From the IMG/VR virus record IMGVR_UViG_3300042691_028414: 64,000 nucleotides of DNA, one strand, 5' to 3'. The first letter of the stretch is position 1. Every line of letters begins with the position of its first letter. The notes beneath the pieces are model-generated. The model saw only the letters and a list, made by a program, of their open reading frames with translations. It searched no databases and was not told the DNA's origin. A program made the translations under genes and the position numbers. This DNA comes from a virus (taxonomy: Duplodnaviria; Heunggongvirae; Uroviricota; Caudoviricetes). Below, piece after piece: positions 8,778 through 17,252 of the stretch.

Positions 8778-9752
8778 TTATGGTAAATCGTCAAAATCTC
8801 TTAAAATTGCAGGATAATTTCTCATTGGTATAGTCATCGGTACTAACCTTGGTGCCATTCTTGGTACCAATCTTGGCTCTTCCATCATCATATCCTCAAC
8901 AGGAATTGGAAGTTCATCCATAGTTTGTTCGGTTAGTTCTATAATTTCGTCTTTCCCATTGAAATAATGTTTACGACTCTTAATTTTTTCTTCAGGTGAG
9001 AACAAGTCATAATTAGTATGATTAGTTTTAACATCCAACCACTCAAAAAGTTTTTTAATCAATTCATTAGGTAAACCAGTTTCAAATGAATCAATATGAT
9101 TATCAACTTCATCATATATACCAATTTTAACCTCATTATTACTATGAATACCAAACTTTCTGTTTGTCTTTTTATTTATTACATAAATCAAAACTCCTTG
9201 TGCCGAATATCTATAGAAGTACTCACCATCGTTCTTCATTGATGTACACCACTTTGTTCCAAACCCATATGTAATCGCAGCATCGTGAGTTAATGGTTTA
9301 AAGAATAACCATTCATCGTCGTCGTGAACAATCATAATATCCTTTTTGGATTTTTTCAACATCTCTTTAGTTGCTGCCTTTCCAACTTCCCTAATTATGT
9401 CGTTGAAATCTTTATATGTTGATATGTCCGTATTTTCCACCAATCCTCTTTCAAGATATTCTGTAAATAGGGGAAGTTTATCCAAATTTTCCACATTGAA
9501 ATAATTTACACACAACCAATTCAAAAGTGTCATTTTTGAATCGGGTAATTCTTTAATTATTTTTACTGTTGGTGAGTCATTTTCATTCCCGCCCCAATAC
9601 ATATCATTTTTACGAATTTCAATACCATCTTTTAACATCTTAATTAATAAAGGTGTTAACTTTTTTGTTTTAGTCGGATCCAATTTGGAAATCAAATCAA
9701 TTAAATTGATATTCAAATCAGGATTCTGTTCTTTTAAATGTTTTAGTCCCAT
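8778..9752 (-). CDS. hypothetical protein
   Basis: 324-aa ORF with no motif I recognise. Confidence 0.55.
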   Translation of the reverse strand: MGLKHLKEQNPDLNINLIDLISKLDPTKTKKLTPLLIKMLKDGIEIRKNDMYWGGNENDSPTVKIIKELPDSKMTLLNWLCVNYFNVENLDKLPLFTEYLERGLVENTDISTYKDFNDIIREVGKAATKEMLKKSKKDIMIVHDDDEWLFFKPLTHDAAITYGFGTKWCTSMKNDGEYFYRYSAQGVLIYVINKKTNRKFGIHSNNEVKIGIYDEVDNHIDSFETGLPNELIKKLFEWLDVKTNHTNYDLFSPEEKIKSRKHYFNGKDEIIELTEQTMDELPIPVEDMMMEEPRLVPRMAPRLVPMTIPMRNYPAILRDFDDLP

Positions 9753-9756
9753 AATT

Positions 9757-10002
9757 TTATCTTAATACAATTGGATGAATAATAAAAAATATTTCTTCTG
9801 TTCTACCATCAACCTTAACAACTCTATCGTTTTTCAACTCAAGATCTGAAGTCCCATATTCTTCTTTAAGTCGATTCATCTGAGATTTGAGTTCTTTTTT
9901 TGCATCATTTTCAAATTTAAAATAACCCACATATGAATCACATCCGTGTCCTTTTTCATACACACCAAAAATAATTTGTCTTGTTTCTATTCTATTTTTC
10001 AT
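9757..10002 (-). CDS. hypothetical protein
   Basis: 81-aa ORF. Confidence 0.45.
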   Translation of the reverse strand: MKNRIETRQIIFGVYEKGHGCDSYVGYFKFENDAKKELKSQMNRLKEEYGTSDLELKNDRVVKVDGRTEEIFFIIHPIVLR

Positions 10003-10411
10003 TTCTTCTTTCTCTTTTTACTATTGATAAAACCTCACTTAAATCCCAATATGTACTTTTTATTCCACCTCTATCATCAAGGAATATGTTTGCATATATC
10101 TTACCATTCATCCCATATGGTTTATCCCACTCAGGATGCATTTGATTTACCCCATGAACTTCAATACCCAACTTTTCAACTTGTTCTTTTGCGGTTTCCA
10201 ATTGTCGTTCACTTCTTGCAGTATTAATTAAAAATATAATACCTTCTTTTTGACATTCCAAAATCAAGTCAACAACTTTTTGACAATGTTCTTTTAATTC
10301 TTCATTATATGGAATTATTGTGTCATCAAGATCACAACCAATAATCAATTTACCATTTTTTAACCATTCAGTTGCAAGTCGGTTAATGAAGAAATTTGCG
10401 TGATGTCTCAT
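9992..10411 (-). CDS. HAD-like phosphatase
   Basis: LIIGCDLDDTI (DxDDT) HAD motif I. Lies adjacent to the RNA ligase gene. Confidence 0.5.
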   Translation of the reverse strand: MRHHANFFINRLATEWLKNGKLIIGCDLDDTIIPYNEELKEHCQKVVDLILECQKEGIIFLINTARSERQLETAKEQVEKLGIEVHGVNQMHPEWDKPYGMNGKIYANIFLDDRGGIKSTYWDLSEVLSIVKRERRNEK

Positions 10412-10412
10412 A

Positions 10413-10679
10413 TTAAAATCTACTTGAAAGTTTTTTAATTAATTCTTCTTCTTCGTTTGTTAGTAGGTAATAATTGTTCCATAGTTTTGTGAGGTTATCT
10501 CTTAATTCTTTTTCTCCTTGAGATTCTATATCACCTCTAACAACTTTTCTTATTTCAGGATTTGGGTGTGATTCTAATATGCCGTCATCGTGTAACCACT
10601 GAGCCATAGTTCTTTTGTCACTTCTATCCATCTCATCGTAGACATCATCAAGGTCCACATAAACTCTAACACTACTCAT
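10413..10679 (-). CDS. hypothetical acidic protein
   Basis: 88-aa ORF. Confidence 0.45.
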   Translation of the reverse strand: MSSVRVYVDLDDVYDEMDRSDKRTMAQWLHDDGILESHPNPEIRKVVRGDIESQGEKELRDNLTKLWNNYYLLTNEEEELIKKLSSRF

Positions 10680-10718
10680 AATTTCTTTTTTTAATTATAT
10701 GAAAAAATGATGACTCCA

Positions 10719-11849
10719 TCAATGGGAGTCACCAACATTATTTTTCTCCCCATATATTAAATAATCAGGATTGATAACCTTTGCAACTTTATGACGATCA
10801 CCAGTCACAGATTTAACAACGATACCTTCGTGAGGAACTTTGGTTCCTTTTATAAAATTACCGAAGACATATTTATCTTGTTCTTCTTTACTCCAAGTTC
10901 CTTCATATAATACTTCAACTTGTGGGAGTTCCAAACAATCAAAATGAACGGTTTCTTCAAGGTGTGGTTGATAAACACCATCAACTTCAACATCAAAACC
11001 AACAAACTTTATTTCCTCCAAACCATATTCATAGTTTTTTTGGATTCCTTTACCATAGATTTCCCCATAGATAGTAAGTCCTTGTTCCAAAGATTCAGGG
11101 TAATATGTATCCTTAACATGATCCCAAAGTTTTTTTCGTATGTCATATTTGTTGGCAACTTCTCTCCACACATCAGTATCGTAGAATCCTTGAGAATCAG
11201 ATCCTTTCTCCACATTATGAGAACCATACACATATTCAAACTCAACCCACTCATTACCGAAGAACTTTTTCACTCTATCCCACAAAGAAAGTTTTTTCTT
11301 TCTAACTATTCCAAATCTGGCATTAGTTCCGTGTATTTTACGGGTGATAACAACCTCATCTTCTTCGGTGAACATATCAGGAACATTCTTCATGTTTGGG
11401 AATTTGTGATAGATATGGAAGTTTGGATTTTGGTGGTATCTAACTTTCTTACCTCCACCCAAAGTAACCATTTTAACCGGTGGTTCGTATTTGGTTATTC
11501 CAAGTATTTCCATCATATCATCACCTTCATTAACATTGTTCACCAATGATTTTGGTGCCAAGTACTTGAATGGTATTAACAAACATTCGGAATAAAATCC
11601 ACGAAGTTTTACGGTTCTAACTCGTTGTCCTTTACGAAGGTAGTTAGTCACTTCCATCAAGTCAGACAATGCTTGTGGTATTACCGCATCAGTGGTTGCA
11701 ACAACAACTTTATCTCCTTCTTGGTATTCACCTTTTTTGGTTATCGCCTGCCATCCACCAACAAGTACAAGTTCTATGTTGTCAGCATTTGGTATTTCAA
11801 CTACTGAACCTATTTTTCCAACATATGCTACGCTATTTTGATTTTCCAT
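10719..11849 (-). CDS. RNA ligase, Rnl2-like nucleotidyltransferase, with an extra N-terminal domain of about 150 aa
   Basis: Motif I RKIHGTNARF (the T4 Rnl2 KIHGTN), motif IV HEGIVVKS (EGxVxK), motif V RHKVAKVINP (KxK). Confidence 0.65.
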   Translation of the reverse strand: MENQNSVAYVGKIGSVVEIPNADNIELVLVGGWQAITKKGEYQEGDKVVVATTDAVIPQALSDLMEVTNYLRKGQRVRTVKLRGFYSECLLIPFKYLAPKSLVNNVNEGDDMMEILGITKYEPPVKMVTLGGGKKVRYHQNPNFHIYHKFPNMKNVPDMFTEEDEVVITRKIHGTNARFGIVRKKKLSLWDRVKKFFGNEWVEFEYVYGSHNVEKGSDSQGFYDTDVWREVANKYDIRKKLWDHVKDTYYPESLEQGLTIYGEIYGKGIQKNYEYGLEEIKFVGFDVEVDGVYQPHLEETVHFDCLELPQVEVLYEGTWSKEEQDKYVFGNFIKGTKVPHEGIVVKSVTGDRHKVAKVINPDYLIYGEKNNVGDSH

Positions 11850-11952
11850 TATTTTCTATTAACATAATTTGTTATTAATTTATCCACATATGGTCTCAAC
11901 ATTACACCCATACAAATTCCTCCTACAAGATACACTATCATATTTTCTTTTT

Positions 11953-12213
11953 TTACAATTTTTCAAATTCTTCTTTTACCAAATCTATTTCTTCATTCAA
12001 CCTCTCAAGTTCTTTGGTTATCATTTCTTTAATAATCTCTTTGTTATAGAAACTAACCTCACCTTTTCCGTTGAAACCTCCAGAGTGTGTAAATCCAATC
12101 GTGACACTCAAACCACAAGATTTAAGCGCAGATTCTAATTTATACTTCTGTCTTTCCAATCTATCAAGATCTTCTTTAACTTTTTTTGCTTGTTCAAATT
12201 TTTCTACTTCCAT
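11953..12213 (-). CDS. hypothetical coiled-coil protein; start moved to the internal Met
   Basis: TATATTTG sits 5 nt upstream of the ATG at 12213. Confidence 0.45.
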   Translation of the reverse strand: MEVEKFEQAKKVKEDLDRLERQKYKLESALKSCGLSVTIGFTHSGGFNGKGEVSFYNKEIIKEMITKELERLNEEIDLVKEEFEKL

Positions 12214-12251
12214 TTTGACAAATATATTAATAATTTTTTTATACCACAACA

Positions 12252-12878
12252 CTACCCCAAACTTTCAGGATAATACAATAATGTTGGGTTTTTTTTAGCG
12301 ATGTCTATATCAGGAAATCTCTCCTTGAAAGTCTTAACATCAAACTTACCAGTTATCAAATGCCACCCATTCTTTGTTGGTATAACCGCTTCAATTTTTT
12401 TACCTTCAGGTTTAAGATAATTAATAAATTGTGATAGTTCAGTAACGGCATGAAAATCGGTTACGTCAATATCCACAATCCACCGTTTCTCTTGAGTTTT
12501 AATTTGCCCAACAACTGAATCAAATAAACCTTTTTGGTTTGATACACCGTCTCTAATCCGTTCGGCAAGTATTGCCAACATATTTAATGACACATCTTTG
12601 TGGTTTTGTTTTTGGACATGGATATATGCACGAGCCTTAAACATTTCACAAAGTTGTTTAATCTCATCATATCTTTTTTCCAAATATGGGATGGACTCAA
12701 TACAATAAGTTTTAATTGTTCTTACTGATTGGTGATTATCCCTTTCACCTTCCGGTTGATCCTTCTTTCGTTTAAATACATATAACATATAGAAGTCACC
12801 ATAATGTGAAAAATTCAATAATGGTTTTATTAAATCTATGTTATCAATCTTGTTCATTTTCATCATCATAATATTCAT
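12252..12878 (-). CDS. hypothetical protein with IVDIDVTD and KNGWHLI motifs
   Basis: A DxD motif, then a GWH motif about 35 aa downstream, then PDIDIA. This could be an AEP primase-polymerase or a minimal nucleotidyltransferase; unresolved. Confidence 0.4.
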   Translation of the reverse strand: MNIMMMKMNKIDNIDLIKPLLNFSHYGDFYMLYVFKRKKDQPEGERDNHQSVRTIKTYCIESIPYLEKRYDEIKQLCEMFKARAYIHVQKQNHKDVSLNMLAILAERIRDGVSNQKGLFDSVVGQIKTQEKRWIVDIDVTDFHAVTELSQFINYLKPEGKKIEAVIPTKNGWHLITGKFDVKTFKERFPDIDIAKKNPTLLYYPESLG

Positions 12879-13380
12879 CTACTTTCATTGAAACTGGTGG
12901 GGTGAAATCCCAAACAGTGTTTTCAAACTCTGTGATCCATTCATTCAATTCTTCTCTTGTCCAAAATGGAGCAAAATGTGGACGGTAACTAAACGGAACA
13001 TTGTCTTTATTTTCCCAATCTTCAAGTCGTTGTGTTACATCCTCAATTAGGTTTTTATCCTTATTGTACTTATTCCATTGTCTATAATCATCTTCGGATT
13101 TGATATACATAACATCACCATAATTATAAAAATCCATCTCAGGGAATTTCAAATTTGGGTTGTTGGTATATACATCAACAATACCATTGTCTCCATTGTA
13201 TTCACCACAAAGTTCTTTTAAAGAATGTAAACTACTTGGTCTTTCTTCCCACACACTACCGAACTGACGAACAGAACAGATATACAAATACCCATCATCA
13301 TATGAATGAATAAGTCCTTCAATTTTATTTCTTAAAGAAATAAGTTCGTCCATTGTAAGTTTAGTTAAGTCCATTTTCAT
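12844..13380 (-). CDS. hypothetical acidic protein
   Basis: 178-aa ORF; TACTTTTG sits 4 nt upstream of the ATG. Confidence 0.5.
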   Translation of the reverse strand: MKMDLTKLTMDELISLRNKIEGLIHSYDDGYLYICSVRQFGSVWEERPSSLHSLKELCGEYNGDNGIVDVYTNNPNLKFPEMDFYNYGDVMYIKSEDDYRQWNKYNKDKNLIEDVTQRLEDWENKDNVPFSYRPHFAPFWTREELNEWITEFENTVWDFTPPVSMKVDEYYDDENEQD

Positions 13381-13438
13381 TTTACAAAAGTAATCATTTT
13401 ATATTTACCAAACAATATTTTTGGATATTTATTTTAAT

Positions 13439-13888
13439 ATGAACCTACAAGAATCCATAAGAAGAATATTAAGGGAAGAAACCATAAAAGATAAATATAA
13501 AAAAGAATATATTAATTTTCATGGTAACATGGAAGGGTTTGATGACAATTGGGATAATCTGTTTAATAAAGATTTTAATGATGGTGGTTTGATGAATATA
13601 CCTGAATATATTGAATTGAGTAGATTAGTTAATATTATTGGGGAATTTAAAAAGGATAAAAATATACATTGGATAAGAACCTCTGATGAATATTTATTTT
13701 ACGATACGGATTGGTTGTTTTTATCCGATGTTAAAATAAATGATAACGCTAAAATAATCAGAATAAAAACACACAAATCAAATATTAATTTAGATCAAAC
13801 AATAATTCAAAATTTAACTTTTAATTATGAAAAAGAGATTACCTTGAAAAACTTGGATTTAGAAAATTATGAAATAATAAAATATTAA
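13439..13888 (+). CDS. leader-peptide family member (MNLQESIRRILREE subtype)
   Basis: ATG at 13439; the ORF-track start is a TTG 18 nt upstream. TATTTTTG lies upstream. The product is an Asn/Lys-rich protein. Confidence 0.5.
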   Translation: MNLQESIRRILREETIKDKYKKEYINFHGNMEGFDDNWDNLFNKDFNDGGLMNIPEYIELSRLVNIIGEFKKDKNIHWIRTSDEYLFYDTDWLFLSDVKINDNAKIIRIKTHKSNINLDQTIIQNLTFNYEKEITLKNLDLENYEIIKY

Positions 13889-13890
13889 AT

Positions 13891-14217
13891 ATGAACCTAC
13901 AAGAAAACATAAGAAGAATATTGAGGGAAGAATTATTGAATGAAACAAAGTTCTTCCGTAGAAGAATTGATTTAGATGAGGTTAAGAAGTTACTTTCAAT
14001 TAATGCACAACAAGTGTATTACGAAACTGAAAGTTATAGAGGTTTTAAATATGACTTAACTTTAAGAGCGGTAGAATCAATTATGTGGAATAATTATGAA
14101 CTTGGGTGGGAGGATTTACCAGAACAAGAGGAAATAGACTTTGTGACAGAAGTTTCTGATATGCTTGAGGACACGATTAAACAGTTATACAAATTTTATC
14201 ATAATAAAAGATTCTAA
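13891..14217 (+). CDS. leader-peptide family member, paralog of 13439..13888
   Basis: MNLQENIRRILREELLNE; the 5' nucleotide sequence is nearly identical to that of the upstream paralog. Confidence 0.5.
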   Translation: MNLQENIRRILREELLNETKFFRRRIDLDEVKKLLSINAQQVYYETESYRGFKYDLTLRAVESIMWNNYELGWEDLPEQEEIDFVTEVSDMLEDTIKQLYKFYHNKRF

Positions 14218-14219
14218 AA

Positions 14220-14630
14220 TTACATCATTAACAAATCTGTTGTGTTCAAATCTTCACCATCAATGACAAAACAAGCATTTTGTAGTTGGTGAACATATCT
14301 CATAGGTTTAATATCACTAAAACCCTGAATTCCATATAAACCTTTATAAAGGTGTGTTAGTGTAATACTTTCAGTTTCCCACCAATGAAATTCACCAATA
14401 CCAGGTGCGGTATCTGACATTTCAACAAAATGAAGTAAGTCTAGTATTTTTTCAGTTATCTCAACGGGTTTGAAGTCATCAATGTGTATCGGTAATCCAT
14501 CTTCCGTTCCTATGTATAGTCCGTTAAATGCGATTGCTCTAACTTCTGTTGGTGTTCCAAATAGTGGGTGGGTAACAATACTACCCACCCTTAATTCATT
14601 CAGTTTCATACAATCCGTTTTTTTGATCAT
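14220..14630 (-). CDS. hypothetical protein
   Basis: 136-aa ORF. Confidence 0.45.
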   Translation of the reverse strand: MIKKTDCMKLNELRVGSIVTHPLFGTPTEVRAIAFNGLYIGTEDGLPIHIDDFKPVEITEKILDLLHFVEMSDTAPGIGEFHWWETESITLTHLYKGLYGIQGFSDIKPMRYVHQLQNACFVIDGEDLNTTDLLMM

Positions 14631-14922
14631 CTTCCATTATTTTTCTTAAAAGAGACTCTCTATTATATTTTCTAATCAATTTGAATATCTCGGTGATATC
14701 TGTAAACTCGGATGGTGGTGAGTCATTTCTACCTGGAAGAAACATCACAGTAAATCCGTGATTTGCTTCAAACTTTTCAGTTACTCTTATACCACATATC
14801 TCATTAATATAAATCCACGGGAAATTTCCTGAAAGTTTAACTTCAATACCAATCTTGTTCAATCTATCAACAAACACCTTTAACTTATCGGTGCTCAATT
14901 TTGTATTATCTATTGTTTCCAT
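14596..14922 (-). CDS. hypothetical protein
   Basis: 108-aa ORF. Confidence 0.45.
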   Translation of the reverse strand: METIDNTKLSTDKLKVFVDRLNKIGIEVKLSGNFPWIYINEICGIRVTEKFEANHGFTVMFLPGRNDSPPSEFTDITEIFKLIRKYNRESLLRKIMEDDQKNGLYETE

Positions 14923-14926
14923 AACA

Positions 14927-15130
14927 TTAATATTGTTTAATTACATCCCCTCTTAAATAAATGTTATCAAATGACACACCATTTACAGATTCAACACCAA
15001 GATGAACTTGTCTACCTTCAATTTTGGTAATCACACCAGAATCTTCTACAGATCCTGTAATTCTATTAACTACCTTAACATAGTCACCCACTTTGATGTC
15101 CCTTCCGTTTTTATCTGTCGTTTTTTCCAT
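14927..15130 (-). CDS. hypothetical small protein
   Basis: TATATTTG-TGGT-ATG immediately upstream. Confidence 0.45.
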   Translation of the reverse strand: MEKTTDKNGRDIKVGDYVKVVNRITGSVEDSGVITKIEGRQVHLGVESVNGVSFDNIYLRGDVIKQY

Positions 15131-15236
15131 ACCACAAATATAAGAATTATTTTTTAATATGACAAAAAATAAACAACATTAAAACGATTGTTGATCATCG
15201 GACGTTATATGAAATATTTAAAAAATTTCATTTGCG

Positions 15237-15320
15237 TTTAAAATAATAATCTCTTATCAGTATTTGAAATATATTACCTAAACAAAATCCTATAAATCCT
15301 ATTAAAATTAGTAGTTCCAT
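15237..15320 (-). CDS. hydrophobic mini-protein of about 27 aa
   Basis: My own translation: MELLILIGFIGFCLGNIFQILIRDYYFKRK. Confidence 0.3.
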
Positions 15321-15321
15321 A

Positions 15322-15534
15322 TTATTTTACATTATCAATTCTTTTTTTAAGAATTTTTTTCGCCTCTTCAAGGGTTGGGAAGTAAGATAACAATTTCCAA
15401 TGTCCTCCCACATTTATATACGGATACCAATAAGTGGATTTATTAGAAACCCCCCTTTCAATTTTAACATCGTATTGTCCGTATTTACCTTCGTATACGT
15501 GTCCAGCAACATCTTTATTTAACTTTAATACCAT
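15322..15534 (-). CDS. hypothetical protein
   Basis: 70-aa ORF. Confidence 0.4.
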   Translation of the reverse strand: MVLKLNKDVAGHVYEGKYGQYDVKIERGVSNKSTYWYPYINVGGHWKLLSYFPTLEEAKKILKKRIDNVK

Positions 15535-15691
15535 AACACTCCAATTTTTTATCCGTTACATTCCACAAATCTTTTTTTCCTTCCGTCATATGACAATTGT
15601 GTTTCTTACCGGTTCTCTCAGCAAAATCAACAATCATATCATTATGACGATTACGGACGATATGAGGACATTCTTTACAGGGTTTTTTCAT
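15515..15691 (-). CDS. small Cys/His-rich (zinc-binding) protein; start at MKKPCKECPH
   Basis: TATATTTG-TGTT-ATG; the ORF-track TTG start lies inside the promoter motif. Confidence 0.45.
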   Translation of the reverse strand: MKKPCKECPHIVRNRHNDMIVDFAERTGKKHNCHMTEGKKDLWNVTDKKLECYGIKVK

Positions 15692-15707
15692 AACACAAAT
15701 ATACAAA
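15692..15707 (-). promoter_or_regulatory. TAnnTTTG promoter element abutting a start codon (exemplar)
   Basis: TATATTTG-TGTT-ATG; the same arrangement recurs at 12 other sites (see findings). Confidence 0.5.
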
Positions 15708-15723
15708 TTACTTTTTAATAAAA

Positions 15724-15770
15724 CAAAAAACCTCCCAACATTTCTGAAGGGAGGTTAAATATTTTTTATA
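15724..15770. terminator. rho-independent terminator
   Basis: cctcccaacatttctgaagggagg hairpin followed by a T-run. Confidence 0.65.
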
Positions 15771-15780
15771 TGTTATACTT

Positions 15781-16128
15781 TTAGTATTTAATAATCCAAG
15801 TCACTCCCTTTCCAAAATTGGGTGATGCATGAGAATTAATATCTTTAGATTCTAATGATTCTATTTTATCCATTATTTTTTCACGATTACCGTCAACAGG
15901 TGACGGTAATTGAGTAATAATGTATTTAACATATTTAGTATATTTAAGTTTCTTTCCTGAAACATCACCCTTTTTAATCTCAATCTTACACCCACTAGGT
16001 AAACCCAATTTTTTTCTCAACTGAAAAACGGTTAAGTCTAATAAATCAGATTTAGATTCATTTTCTTTAATCACACGATTAACAATTCTTGTCAAGTCTG
16101 ATTCGGTTAGTTTAATTATTTTTTTCAT
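15781..16128 (-). CDS. leader-peptide family member, small basic cargo
   Basis: MKKIIKLTESDLTRIVNRVIKE followed by cargo. The third gene of a tandem paralog triplet. Confidence 0.55.
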   Translation of the reverse strand: MKKIIKLTESDLTRIVNRVIKENESKSDLLDLTVFQLRKKLGLPSGCKIEIKKGDVSGKKLKYTKYVKYIITQLPSPVDGNREKIMDKIESLESKDINSHASPNFGKGVTWIIKY

Positions 16129-16132
16129 ATCA

Positions 16133-16465
16133 TTATTTTATATAAAACCAAAATGAGTTTTTACTTGCGTTACCAAGTTTAAATAAGTTACTTTCAAATT
16201 TATTATTTAGTTTCTCAATGATTTCTTCAGCAATCTCTTCGGTGTCATCCCCCGATTGTTTAAAACTAACCATAAATCTGTCATATGGTTTATCTGACGA
16301 TTCTTTATAACCACCTTTCCATTCATCCTCACCAATGTAATCATCCATAAGTTTTTTTAACACATCCTCAATTTTTTCATTTGATGGTTTTTTCTTATTT
16401 TCATTGATCACTCGTTTAACAATCCTTGTTAAATCTGATTCGGTTAATCTTATTACTTTTTTCAT
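16133..16465 (-). CDS. leader-peptide family member
   Basis: MKKVIRLTESDLTRIVKRVINE. Confidence 0.55.
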   Translation of the reverse strand: MKKVIRLTESDLTRIVKRVINENKKKPSNEKIEDVLKKLMDDYIGEDEWKGGYKESSDKPYDRFMVSFKQSGDDTEEIAEEIIEKLNNKFESNLFKLGNASKNSFWFYIK

Positions 16466-16469
16466 AACA

Positions 16470-16766
16470 TTAAATATCTAAATTTTTAACTTTAATTCCT
16501 TTTGTATTTCTTTTTAAACCTGATGGTGTTGTATCGTCAGTTCTAAAACTACAAACAACATCAAACATAGCTTTTTTAAAATGGTGGAATGTTCCTTTTT
16601 TTCCATGGTATTCACCCTTTATTTCCAATTCACCATAAACATCTTCCAATTCTTCTTTTGACATCTTTAATATTTCAGATTTACTTTGTTTCTTTTTGGA
16701 TTCGGTAATAACCCTTTGGATTATTCTTGTCAAGTCTGATTCGGTTAGTCTTATTACTTTTTTCAT
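16470..16766 (-). CDS. leader-peptide family member
   Basis: MKKVIRLTESDLTRIIQRVITE; TAAATTTG-TAAA-ATG upstream. Confidence 0.55.
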   Translation of the reverse strand: MKKVIRLTESDLTRIIQRVITESKKKQSKSEILKMSKEELEDVYGELEIKGEYHGKKGTFHHFKKAMFDVVCSFRTDDTTPSGLKRNTKGIKVKNLDI

Positions 16767-16800
16767 TTTACAAATTTATTAATAAATATCTGATTAAACA

Positions 16801-16835
16801 AAAAACCCCACTCTTATTTGAAGTGGGGTTTGTAA
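16801..16835. terminator. rho-independent terminator
   Basis: ccccactcttatttgaagtgggg hairpin. Confidence 0.6.
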
Positions 16836-16838
16836 AAT

Positions 16839-17207
16839 TTATTTCTTAATCGGAACTGTGTCAACTGGTTCAAGTGTCACTTTGGTGATTCCTTTTCTAA
16901 TGAAGTTAAGTTCCTTTGCGGTTCCGTAACTCAAATCAATCACAAAACTTGATGATTTTGGTAACCTGTCGTTGATCTTAACATATCTAACAGAATCATT
17001 ACTTGTGTTTGTTACTTTCACAATTGTTCCGAACTTAAAGTACTTATGAGCCGCAGTTAAACTGTCTTTGTGGAATAGTTCTCCTGATGATGTCTTTCTA
17101 CCTGTCCAATGTTGTCCGTAATAAGATGCGGTTCCTGTGTAGATTTTTTCTGATGATTTAAATGATAATAGTGTAATTAGTGGAATAAATAATAATAGTT
17201 TTTTCAT
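16839..17207 (-). CDS. secreted RlpA-like double-psi beta-barrel protein (lytic-transglycosylase-like)
   Basis: Signal peptide, then ASYYG...TSSGE...TAAH...VTN...VKINDRLP, which matches the RlpA/DPBB pattern. Confidence 0.55.
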   Translation of the reverse strand: MKKLLLFIPLITLLSFKSSEKIYTGTASYYGQHWTGRKTSSGELFHKDSLTAAHKYFKFGTIVKVTNTSNDSVRYVKINDRLPKSSSFVIDLSYGTAKELNFIRKGITKVTLEPVDTVPIKK

Positions 17208-17252
17208 ATTATGAATAATAAAAAATCCTCCACAAAAGTGAAGGATTATATT

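Noticed and set aside
15515-15706. ORF-track starts producing MYIC... N-termini (15706, 51544) and other TTG/GTG-extended starts (13421, 19140, 22316, 22952, 24706, 4976, 12252, 50160).
   Set aside because: The extension reads through the conserved TATATTTG or TATATTTAT promoter motif, which itself contains TTG ATT TGT codons. The downstream ATG at the fixed 4-nt spacing is the more parsimonious start.
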